Assembly (NCBI GenBank): GCA_044222185.1 | Contig: JBGANV010000001.1 | Span: 896,001-960,000 of the forward strand | DNA from: Planctomycetota bacterium | Lineage (GTDB): Bacteria > Planctomycetota > GCA-002687715 > CAIWVZ01 | DNA length: 64,000 nucleotides | Direction: 5' to 3' | Shown: positions 37,626 through 45,886 of the stretch, piece by piece | Numbering within the stretch: position 1 is the first letter of the stretch | Layout: every line of letters starts with the position of its first letter | Notes under the pieces: generated by a model | Database searches by the model: none | What the model was told of the DNA's origin: nothing | The model's input: only the letters and a program-made list of their open reading frames with translations | Program-made: the position numbers and the translations under genes

Positions 37626-39177
37626 GGCCGGGGCGCGCCGGCCCTCGGCCGTGGCCCTGTGCGTCGCCGCCGCCCTGTCAGGTTGCGGCGTCATGCTCGT
37701 GGAGCTGACGACGACGCGGCTTCTTGCTCCGTGGTTCGGCGCATCGATCTACTGCTGGACCAACGTGATCGCGGTGGTGCTCCTGTGCCTCGCCGCGGGC
37801 TATGCGGCCGGCGGACGCCTCGCCGATCGCCGGCCGGAAGCGCGCCTCCTCGGGTGGTTGCTCGTCGTCGGCGCGCTGCTCCTCGTTCCCGCACCGTTTC
37901 TGGGTCCGTGGCTCTCGCCGAAACTGATGCCGGCGCCGGAACTCTCGGATCCGACGAGCGCAACCGGCAGCATCGTAATCGGGAGTTTCGCGGCAACGCT
38001 GCTCCTCTTCGGCGCACCGCTGATTCTCCTTGGATGCGTTTGCCCATTCCTCACGCGACTGCTGAGTGACCACGGTGCCGCGTCCGGCGGGGCTGCGGGG
38101 CGCATTCTCTGCTGGTCGACCCTCGGCAGTCTCCTGGGGACCTACCTTCCGGCGCACGTGCTCCTCGAACATCTGGGCTCGCGCGGCACGATCCTGGCGG
38201 CGAGCGGCACGATCCTGCTCGCGGGCGTCATCGTCATGACGACGGTGAGAGGACGCGCGACTGCGGCGGCTGGAATGCTGTTCGTCCTTGGCATTGCGCC
38301 AGCGGCATCACGGCTTCCGTTCGTGGCACCCGTCGGGAACGAGTCGATCCTGCGGGAGCTCGAGAGCCCATACCAATACGTACGCATCGCGCGGTGGCCC
38401 GCTGACGGGGGACGCCCCGCGTCGGTCAACTTGAGCCTCGACGAGGGCACGACCGAGTTCCATTCACGGCGACTCGAGGACGAGTCGGGTCTGACGAACG
38501 CCTACTACGACTACCTCGCCGTGCTCCCGGACTGGATCGCCGACAGCGACCGGAATCCGATCGACGTGCTCGACATCGGGGGTGCCGCAGGGACGCTGCG
38601 TGGATGCTTGCGCAGGTTCCAGAACTCACGGGTGCGCGCGGTGACCGACGTCGAGATCGACGCGGTCGTCGCCGGGCTCGCTCTACAGTTCGGCGGAGCG
38701 GTGGCGGTGCCTGACCGAGTCATCGTCGCGGACGGCCGCACGGCATTGTCACGCCTGTCGGACCGCTTCGACCTCATCGTTCTCGACGCCTACACCCGTC
38801 AGCTCGCGATCCCGGCACACCTGGCGACGGCCGAGGCTTTTCGGAGCATGAAGGAGCGGTTGACTCCACGCGGGATCCTGGCGCTGAACGTTTCCGTCGC
38901 CGACTTGCAGTCGCCTTTGTGCCGAGCCCTGGCCGGCACGTTGGGGGAGGCGTTCCCGGCCGTGTGGTCGGTGTCCGTCGAAGGGAGCTGGAACGTCGTC
39001 ATGATCGCCGGAGCCCTCTTGCCACCGAATGAATCACCCGTGGCGCGTGGGGACGCCTTGGATCCGACGCGACATCTCTTTCGCAAGAGCCTCCATCGCC
39101 TGGATGCGCGGGCACCGTATCGGCGCTTGACGGATGACTGCGCTCCGTTGGAGACGTTGGCCCGTGAGATTCGGTGA
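37603..39177 (+). CDS. Fused MFS-like membrane domain / spermidine-synthase-like methyltransferase
   Basis: RLLAPWFGASIYCW, GY.AGGRLAD, STLGSLLGT, ESPYQ, VEID..V, DGR, FDLIVLDAY, IPAHLAT, LTDD.AP. Confidence 0.88.
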   Translation: MTTLPRTEAGARRPSAVALCVAAALSGCGVMLVELTTTRLLAPWFGASIYCWTNVIAVVLLCLAAGYAAGGRLADRRPEARLLGWLLVVGALLLVPAPFLGPWLSPKLMPAPELSDPTSATGSIVIGSFAATLLLFGAPLILLGCVCPFLTRLLSDHGAASGGAAGRILCWSTLGSLLGTYLPAHVLLEHLGSRGTILAASGTILLAGVIVMTTVRGRATAAAGMLFVLGIAPAASRLPFVAPVGNESILRELESPYQYVRIARWPADGGRPASVNLSLDEGTTEFHSRRLEDESGLTNAYYDYLAVLPDWIADSDRNPIDVLDIGGAAGTLRGCLRRFQNSRVRAVTDVEIDAVVAGLALQFGGAVAVPDRVIVADGRTALSRLSDRFDLIVLDAYTRQLAIPAHLATAEAFRSMKERLTPRGILALNVSVADLQSPLCRALAGTLGEAFPAVWSVSVEGSWNVVMIAGALLPPNESPVARGDALDPTRHLFRKSLHRLDARAPYRRLTDDCAPLETLAREIR

Positions 39178-39199
39178 ACGAGCAGGAACGTTCTTCTGC

Positions 39200-39787
39200 A
39201 TGCTCGCCGCCCTGCTCCTCGGCGCGACCTGCTGCCGGGCCCAGGTCGACAGTGCGGCGCGGATCGCCGTGAACCTGGCTGACGGTGACTGGGCCACGGC
39301 ATCTGGAACGCTGGCCCGGTTCACGCAGAACCAGGAAACACGCTGGGAAACGTTGCCGGCGTCGCTTTCCGCGTTCCGCGCCGGAGGCTCGATGGACCTG
39401 TGGCTTTCGGTGATGGAGCCTCTCGCCGAGGCGACCCCCAACGATGCGCAGCTCCAATTCCACGTGGGCGCCGCGTGGCAGTCGCTGAAGGAGATCGGCA
39501 AGGCCGACGTCCGATTGGGTCGCGCGCTTCGATCGGAGCCCGGCAACGCGATCTTCCAGGAGTTCTTCGCTTGGAACGCGGCCTACAGGTTCGATGCGGA
39601 AGAAGCGTTGCGGCGCTCGGCGGCGGCGACGTTCACGACCGCGGATACGTTCCGCGCCGAGCAACGCCGCCGCTTGGATGCTCAACCCGTCACCACGCTG
39701 TGGGGCAGCGTCGTGTGTGGCGTCCTCCTGTGCGGGATCGTCTTCGGCCTCGTCTGGCGGGCAGGTCGGGGACTCGCAAGCCCCTGA
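39200..39787 (+). CDS. Hypothetical TPR-like protein with a C-terminal transmembrane anchor
   Basis: Signal-like start MLAALLLGATCCRA (start uncertain), one TPR-like unit, and a C-terminal hydrophobic helix followed by WRAGR. Confidence 0.55.
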   Translation: MLAALLLGATCCRAQVDSAARIAVNLADGDWATASGTLARFTQNQETRWETLPASLSAFRAGGSMDLWLSVMEPLAEATPNDAQLQFHVGAAWQSLKEIGKADVRLGRALRSEPGNAIFQEFFAWNAAYRFDAEEALRRSAAATFTTADTFRAEQRRRLDAQPVTTLWGSVVCGVLLCGIVFGLVWRAGRGLASP

Positions 39788-40377
39788 TGGCTGCGTGATC
39801 GCACGCCGCCGGAACAGTGGGGCGCCGAAGCCCCGCGTGGGCGATGCTGCGGGTCCCGGATCTCGGTCGACGTCTTGCGCCGCGCCGTGAGTCCTTTGGT
39901 GCCTGTGAGAATCCGCGCGGCGGGGCGGCCTCAGCGTTTCGCTACGGACGTCGAGGCCACGGCCTGGAGGTTCCTGGCTTCCGGCCTGGAGGAGTCGGCT
40001 TCTCCTCGCGACGGCGCCCGTCGTGCCGCTCGCGTCGGCTCGAGGGGTGCCATCGAGCCGGCCGACGGGGGCGCGCCTTTCCGGACCATCGCTGGCAGAG
40101 GCATTCTGTGACTCTCGGCGGGCGTGATCGGCGGACGCCGGGCGCGTGCTTCGCCGGGAACGCCTGCAGGGTGCTGATCCCCCCGTGCGGGCGCGGTGGG
40201 AAGTGCGATCGGAGCGGCGACTCCGAAACGTGCGCCGGGGGAGACCGGCCCTGGCTCCGCCCACGCCTCCGATACAGGGGTCCGGATGGAGACCGGGGTC
40301 GGCGAGACGGACGCCGCCGTGGCCTCCAGTCTTCGGCGTCCGACCGCACGAGAAGGCACTCGATGCCCACGAACGAA

Positions 40378-40408
40378 GAAAGCCCGCAGGCCAGGCCTGC
40401 GGGCTTTC
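40378..40408 (-). terminator. Intrinsic terminator of the HEAT-repeat gene
   Basis: Perfect 14-bp inverted repeat GAAAGCCCGCAGGC-N3-GCCTGCGGGCTTTC, 28 nt past the stop at 40437, with a T-rich tail on the minus strand. Confidence 0.8.
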
Positions 40409-40436
40409 GTGATGCGACGTTGCCGTCGCAATCCGA

Positions 40437-42380
40437 TCAGTAGATCAGGAGGATGTCGGTCAGCCCTTCCGTCGTCGCCAGGTAGTTCGAGTCTGCCTGG
40501 ATCTTCGACAGGAGCGGGAGGTCGTCCTTGTCACCGAGGATGCCCAAGGCCACCGTCGCGAAGGCGCGGGCGTTGTCCTTGTACTGGTCCTTCTTCTCGA
40601 CCATCTGGGTCAAGACTGGGACGGCCTTGCGATCACCGATGAATCCGAGGGCGACCGCCGCACCACCGAGGGCCGACAGGTTGTCCGCGGCGGACTCGAT
40701 CACCTTCGTGAGGATCGCGACGGCTTCCGGATCCTGGATCAGACCGAGGGCGAACGACGCACGGCGCTGGACGTCCAGGTCCGCCACGCGCTTCGCGAGC
40801 TCTTCGATCTGCGGGAGCGCCGACTTCTCGCCCATGAGGCCCAGGCCGAGCGCGACGTAACCCTTCAGGTTCGGGCTGCCGCCCGTCTTGAGTTCCTCGA
40901 TCATCGGGGCTGCACCGGCCTTGTGCTCGATGAGGCCCATGGCGACGGCGTAGGCGCCTCGCTCCGAGTCGTTCTTGGTCTGCGCGAAGAGGTCCAGCAA
41001 TTCCTTGCCGATCTCCGCGCGGCTGTCCTTGAACTTGTAGCCGTAGACGCCGAGCGCCATGGCGGAGAAGGTCCGGTCGTGCTGCTGGCCCTTCTTGAGC
41101 TGGAAGACCAGGTGGTCGCGACCCTTCGTGTTCCCGATCTGGCCGAGGGCGATCAGGCAGAAGTTGCGCACGGCGCGATCCGCGGCGCTCTTCGACTGCT
41201 TGATGAGCTCATCCACGGTCTTCTCGTCATCGCGCGGCGTGAGGAGGCCGAGCGCGATGGCGGCCGAGCGCTGGACGTGCGTGCTCTTGTCCGTGAGACC
41301 GTCCTTGACGAGCCAGGACACGGCGCCCGTGTCACCCAGCTTGCCGAGAGCGATGACGGCATGAGCGCGAACGAGCTGGTCGCCTTCGATGTTCTCGACG
41401 AGCTTCTTGATCGCCGGGATCGCCGCCTGCGACTTCATGATTCCCAGCGCGAGTGCCGGGAACACGTTGACGTCGCGGTCAGGCGCTTCGCCCTGCATCT
41501 GCTTGATGAGCTCATCGATGACGGACGCGTTGTCGAACGCCTCGCGGCTGCCGATGAGGCCGATGGCCGCAGCGGCGTACGCGCGTTGACGGGACAGAAG
41601 GTCCTTCGTGCCCTGGCCGCACAGCGCGCGGGCCGCGGGCTCGTTCTTCATGATCGAAATGAGCAGCGGGATCGATTCCTTCGACCCGAGCATGCCCAGA
41701 CCGAGGCAGGCCGACTCCCGGACGGTCTTGTCCTGGTCGGCGAGGAGCTTCTTGATCTCCTCGAGGACGTCGGTGCTCTTCGAGTCCGCAATCTTGCCGG
41801 CCGCGATGACGGCTCCGGCGCGTGCGTCGAAGAAGCTGTCCTTCATGCCCAAGAGGACGGCCGGCAGCACGAGCTTGCGGATGTCGGACGCCGTGGGCTT
41901 GGCGACCACGGTGCCTTCGCTCTCGCCGAGGAGGGCGTCGGTGTTGCTCGTGGTGTTTTCCTTGCCGCGCGTCGTGGCCTTCAACTTGAGGAACTGATCG
42001 TCGTTCAGTTCCCACCAGAAGTCCCAGTCGTTCGTGCGATCGTCATCTTTGGCTTTGGCTTTGCCTTGCGTGGTGCCGCCACCGCGTCCCGCGGGACCTG
42101 CACCGCCGCGACCGCCGCCCGGCGGACGCGAAGGCCCACCGCCGCCGCCTGGAGGCGTGGTACCGCCGCCGTTTCCGCCGCCGGTCGCTCCACCCGCAGG
42201 GCCACCGCCTCCGGTCGTGCCGCCGTTGGGGCCGCCTGTGTGACCACCGGCCGGTCCTCCGAACGTCGGCGTCCCGCCGCCGGCGGGCCCTGAGTACGTT
42301 CCACCGTGACCTTGCGCGAGGTCGGCCATGACACCGCCGACGACGAGCAGGGCGACGCTAAAAAAAACACTCCGCATCAC
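40437..42380 (-). CDS. Secreted HEAT-repeat protein with a Gly/Pro-rich N-terminal linker
   Basis: Signal peptide, HGGTYSGP, about 80 aa of Gly-rich sequence, WDFWWELN, then more than 10 'R..A..ALG.(L/I)' repeats. Very strong codon bias. Confidence 0.9.
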   Translation of the reverse strand: MMRSVFFSVALLVVGGVMADLAQGHGGTYSGPAGGGTPTFGGPAGGHTGGPNGGTTGGGGPAGGATGGGNGGGTTPPGGGGGPSRPPGGGRGGAGPAGRGGGTTQGKAKAKDDDRTNDWDFWWELNDDQFLKLKATTRGKENTTSNTDALLGESEGTVVAKPTASDIRKLVLPAVLLGMKDSFFDARAGAVIAAGKIADSKSTDVLEEIKKLLADQDKTVRESACLGLGMLGSKESIPLLISIMKNEPAARALCGQGTKDLLSRQRAYAAAAIGLIGSREAFDNASVIDELIKQMQGEAPDRDVNVFPALALGIMKSQAAIPAIKKLVENIEGDQLVRAHAVIALGKLGDTGAVSWLVKDGLTDKSTHVQRSAAIALGLLTPRDDEKTVDELIKQSKSAADRAVRNFCLIALGQIGNTKGRDHLVFQLKKGQQHDRTFSAMALGVYGYKFKDSRAEIGKELLDLFAQTKNDSERGAYAVAMGLIEHKAGAAPMIEELKTGGSPNLKGYVALGLGLMGEKSALPQIEELAKRVADLDVQRRASFALGLIQDPEAVAILTKVIESAADNLSALGGAAVALGFIGDRKAVPVLTQMVEKKDQYKDNARAFATVALGILGDKDDLPLLSKIQADSNYLATTEGLTDILLIY

Positions 42381-42456
42381 TGGACATCTCCCGAGTTGTT
42401 CCAGCCGAGGGAACAGGCGGCTGACCCATCAACCGCTTCTGCGCACCTCGAGAGTG

Positions 42457-42472
42457 TGCAATTGAAGTGCCG
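42457..42472 (-). promoter_or_regulatory. Sigma-54 (-24/-12) promoter
   Basis: Minus strand CGGCAC-TTCAA-TTGCA, near consensus, 76 nt before the HEAT gene start. IHF-like TAACTCATTGCAA at 42513-42525. Confidence 0.75.
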
Positions 42473-42742
42473 AAGCCCGAAGCGGCCGAGCCTGGCGCAT
42501 GTGCGACGCCCTTAACTCATTGCAAGAGATGTGGATGCGGCATCGCGCAGTTGTTTCTCGAAGGCGATCTGCCGTGTTGGTGGCGGCGTCGGGCCTGGGT
42601 TTCCGTCACCGTTCGGGAATGCCGTGCCGGCCGCGTAACGAACCCCGATGGCCCGCGTCGTCGCGCCGTGCTGCGCCGGGTCTGCGTGCGGGAACTGCGC
42701 CGCAGTTGATGTCACACCATGTCGCCGTGATCCTTGCCCGCC

Positions 42743-44428
42743 ATGTCGTTTCGTGTCGCACTCTGTCAGATCGATACGGTCCCCGGGGATATTCCGCGAA
42801 ATCTCGCTGAGGTGCGAAAGGCTGTGGCCCGCGCCCGCGAGCTTGGCGCACGCCTGGCCGTACTGCCGGAAATGGCGCTGGTGGGCTATTGCCCACGGGA
42901 CCTGCTCTTCCGGCGTCGCTTCGTCGAGGCGGCGGAGGATGCGCTCCGCGACCTCGCTGCGGACTCACATGGCATCTGCATCGTCGTCGGCACGGTCGGT
43001 GTCAACGGCGCCGGCGGCGGGCGCCCATTCGCCAACCTCGCCGTGGTCCTCGACGATGGTCGTGAGATTGCCCGGATCCAGAAGACGCTGCTGCCGGCAT
43101 ACGACGTGTTCGACGAGGCGCGCTACTTCGAACCAGGTGAACCGGGGGCGCCGGTCGTGGTGGACGGCCGGCGCGTGGGCGTGATGGTCTGTGAGGACCT
43201 CTGGTCGAGACCGGTGGACTACGAAGCGACCGGCTACCGGTCCGACCCGGCGTCGGTCCTGGTTCGGCAAGGCGCCGAGATCCTCGTGAACATCTCCGCG
43301 TCGCCGTTCCACCGTGGGAAGGCCAGGATGCGCGAGGACCTGGTTCGGGCGACAGCGCGCGCCCTCCAACGGCCACTCGTCCTGACCAACCTCGTGGGCG
43401 GAAACGACGACGTGCTCTTCGACGGGCGATCGCTCGTTGCCGATTCCGCCGGTGCGCTGATGTATCGAGCTCCGGCGTACCGCGGTTCGGTCGACGTCGT
43501 CGACCTCGACGGGACCCAACGCGAGGACGAACGACTTCCCGTGGCCGAAGATCCGGCCGACCTGTACGCCGCTCTCGTCATGGGCGTACGCGACTACGCC
43601 GCCAAGTGTGGATTCAAGAGCGCCCACCTCGGACTCTCCGGAGGGATCGACTCGACGCTGGTCGCGATCATCGCCGCGGACGCTTTCGGCGCGAGCGCCG
43701 TGCGCGGACTCGCCATGCCGTCGCGCTTCTCGTCCGAGGGAAGCGTCGCCGACGCGCTCGAACTCGCACGACGGCTGGGCATCCGGTGCGACGTCGTGTC
43801 GATCGAACCTGCGTTCGAAGCACTGCGGGCAGGGCTCGAGCCGGCCCTCGGCCAGGCGCCATTCGGTGTGACGGAGGAGAACCTCCAGTCTCGGATCCGC
43901 GGCATCATGCTCATGGGTGTCAGCAACCGTACCGGGAGCCTGCTGCTGAGCACCGGCAACAAGTCGGAGATGGCCGTCGGCTATTGCACGCTCTACGGCG
44001 ACATGTGTGGCGGGCTCGCCGTCATCTCGGACATCTACAAGACGGACGTCTATCGTGTGTCGGAGTGGTTGGCGAAGACCCGTGGCGTCGTTCCCCTGGC
44101 GTGCTTGACGAAACCGCCGTCGGCGGAGTTGCGACCGAACCAGACGGACCAGGATTCGCTGCCCCCCTACGCCGTCCTCGACGCGATCCTCGAGCTTCAC
44201 CTGGAGCACGAATGCGGCGTTCGCGACATCGTCGCAAAAGGCTTCGACGAGGGGACCGTCCGGCGCGTGCTTCGAATGGTGGCCAGCAACGAGTTCAAGC
44301 GTCACCAGGCGCCGCCGGGCCTGCGTGTATCCCGCAAGGCATTCGGGCAGGGAAGACGCATGCCGATCGCGGCCAGCGGCTTGGAATGGCTCGACGGTGA
44401 GGGGCGCCAGGCGGGCGCGTCGCGTTGA
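42743..44428 (+). CDS. nadE: Glutamine-dependent NAD+ synthetase
   Basis: Nitrilase-like domain (PE, K.LLP.YDVFDE.RYF, CEDLW) plus GLSGGIDS, ENLQSRIRG, TGNKSE..VGY.TLYGD, PSAELRPNQTDQDSLPPY. Confidence 0.96.
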   Translation: MSFRVALCQIDTVPGDIPRNLAEVRKAVARARELGARLAVLPEMALVGYCPRDLLFRRRFVEAAEDALRDLAADSHGICIVVGTVGVNGAGGGRPFANLAVVLDDGREIARIQKTLLPAYDVFDEARYFEPGEPGAPVVVDGRRVGVMVCEDLWSRPVDYEATGYRSDPASVLVRQGAEILVNISASPFHRGKARMREDLVRATARALQRPLVLTNLVGGNDDVLFDGRSLVADSAGALMYRAPAYRGSVDVVDLDGTQREDERLPVAEDPADLYAALVMGVRDYAAKCGFKSAHLGLSGGIDSTLVAIIAADAFGASAVRGLAMPSRFSSEGSVADALELARRLGIRCDVVSIEPAFEALRAGLEPALGQAPFGVTEENLQSRIRGIMLMGVSNRTGSLLLSTGNKSEMAVGYCTLYGDMCGGLAVISDIYKTDVYRVSEWLAKTRGVVPLACLTKPPSAELRPNQTDQDSLPPYAVLDAILELHLEHECGVRDIVAKGFDEGTVRRVLRMVASNEFKRHQAPPGLRVSRKAFGQGRRMPIAASGLEWLDGEGRQAGASR

Positions 44429-44493
44429 ATCCTCGTACGTCGACCCCTATGGTGCATCCTCTCTCCGCCGCTACGCGCTCCATCCACAAACCT

Positions 44494-45708
44494 ATGCCCT
44501 CAAAGAAACGTCCGTCCCGAACGGGACTGTGGCTCGTCGGTGCCCGCGGCGGACTCGCCACGACGTTGATCGTCGGACTCCATCTGATGCGGCGTGGCCT
44601 CGTCTCGCGCAACGGCCTCATGACCGAGGGACCGGAGGTTTCGGGGCTTCCGGTGCCGGCCCTGGACGACCTGGTCGTCGGCGGCCACGACATCCGCCAG
44701 TCGACGGTCTTCGACAGTGCCGTCGAGATCTACAACGAGACGCGCACGATCCCGTACGACAAATTGCTCCTCGTTCGGGACGAGCTGTCGGAGGTCGACG
44801 GGCGGATCCGTCTCGGGACCGTCACGAACTGCGGCGCCGCGATCACGAAGCTCGCGTCGCGGCGCGTCGGGGCCGACACGCGAAGCCTCCGTGCCGTCGT
44901 GACCCGGATCCGAAAGGACATCGAGGAGTTCCGCGCGTCGAACGCGCTCGATCAGGTCGTCGTCGTGAATCTCGCGTCGACGGAGCCTCCGATCGCAAAG
45001 GCCCCGGAGCACACGGATCTGGCGGCGCTGCGCGCGGCGGTCGCTCGCAACGAGCCGAAGCACCTGCGCGCGAGCACTCTGTACACGATGGCCGCGTTCG
45101 AAGCCGGATGTGCCTACGTCAATTTCACCCCGAGCAACGCCGCGCTCACTCCCGCGCTCCAGCAACTCGGGCGCGAGAGCGGGGTGCCGTTCGTCGGAAG
45201 CGACGGCAAGACGGGGGAGACACTCGTGAAGTCCGCCCTCGCCCCCATGTTCAAGTACCGCCACCTGAAAGTGCTCAGCTGGCAGGGATACAACATGCTC
45301 GGCGATCGCGACGGCCAGATCCTCGCCGATCCCGAGAACAAGGCGTCCAAACTGAAGACGAAGGACTCGGTGCTGTCGAGCATCCTGGGCTACCCGCTCC
45401 ACACGCATGTCGCCATCGACTACGTCCGGAGTCTCAGCGACCTGAAGACGGCTTGGGACTTCATCCACTTCGAGGGGTTCCTCGACTACAAGATGTCGCT
45501 GCAGTTCACGTGGCAGGGTTGCGACGCGATCCTGGCGGCGCCGTTGGTGATCGATCTCGCCCGGTTTTCAGCGGCGGCGCGTCGCCGCGGAGAGTCCGGG
45601 CCGATGTCGCATCTGGCCTGTTTCTTCAAGAGTCCGTTGGGTGTCGATGAGCAGGACCTGCACTTCCAGTTCCACATGCTCCTCGAGTACCTGCGGTCCG
45701 CGACCTGA
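44494..45708 (+). CDS. Inositol-3-phosphate (myo-inositol-1-phosphate) synthase
   Basis: [74 protein letters not shown]. The start could be as early as 44425. Confidence 0.93.
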   Translation: MPSKKRPSRTGLWLVGARGGLATTLIVGLHLMRRGLVSRNGLMTEGPEVSGLPVPALDDLVVGGHDIRQSTVFDSAVEIYNETRTIPYDKLLLVRDELSEVDGRIRLGTVTNCGAAITKLASRRVGADTRSLRAVVTRIRKDIEEFRASNALDQVVVVNLASTEPPIAKAPEHTDLAALRAAVARNEPKHLRASTLYTMAAFEAGCAYVNFTPSNAALTPALQQLGRESGVPFVGSDGKTGETLVKSALAPMFKYRHLKVLSWQGYNMLGDRDGQILADPENKASKLKTKDSVLSSILGYPLHTHVAIDYVRSLSDLKTAWDFIHFEGFLDYKMSLQFTWQGCDAILAAPLVIDLARFSAAARRRGESGPMSHLACFFKSPLGVDEQDLHFQFHMLLEYLRSAT

Positions 45709-45886
45709 TGGTCTTGGAGTCGGGCGCAACATCGCTCAAAGTGCGACGTCGGACGCCGATCGACGCTCGGGGCGCGGGCGTCCGCCTGGATCTGGGAGCA
45801 ACGGCCCGCATCCGCCCCGCATGATCGATGGATGGCCCGGATCGCGAACTCGCGATCGAGACACCGGGCAACGGAGACCCGAACAG

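Noticed and set aside
39680-39787. C-terminal TM plus basic residues as a PEP-CTERM-like sorting signal
   Set aside because: There is no PEP or other recognisable motif before the helix, and no exosortase gene in the window.
42066-42308. CCG/CCACC-rich repetitive DNA
   Set aside because: It is explained by the poly-Gly/Pro linker of the HEAT protein and is not a repeat array.
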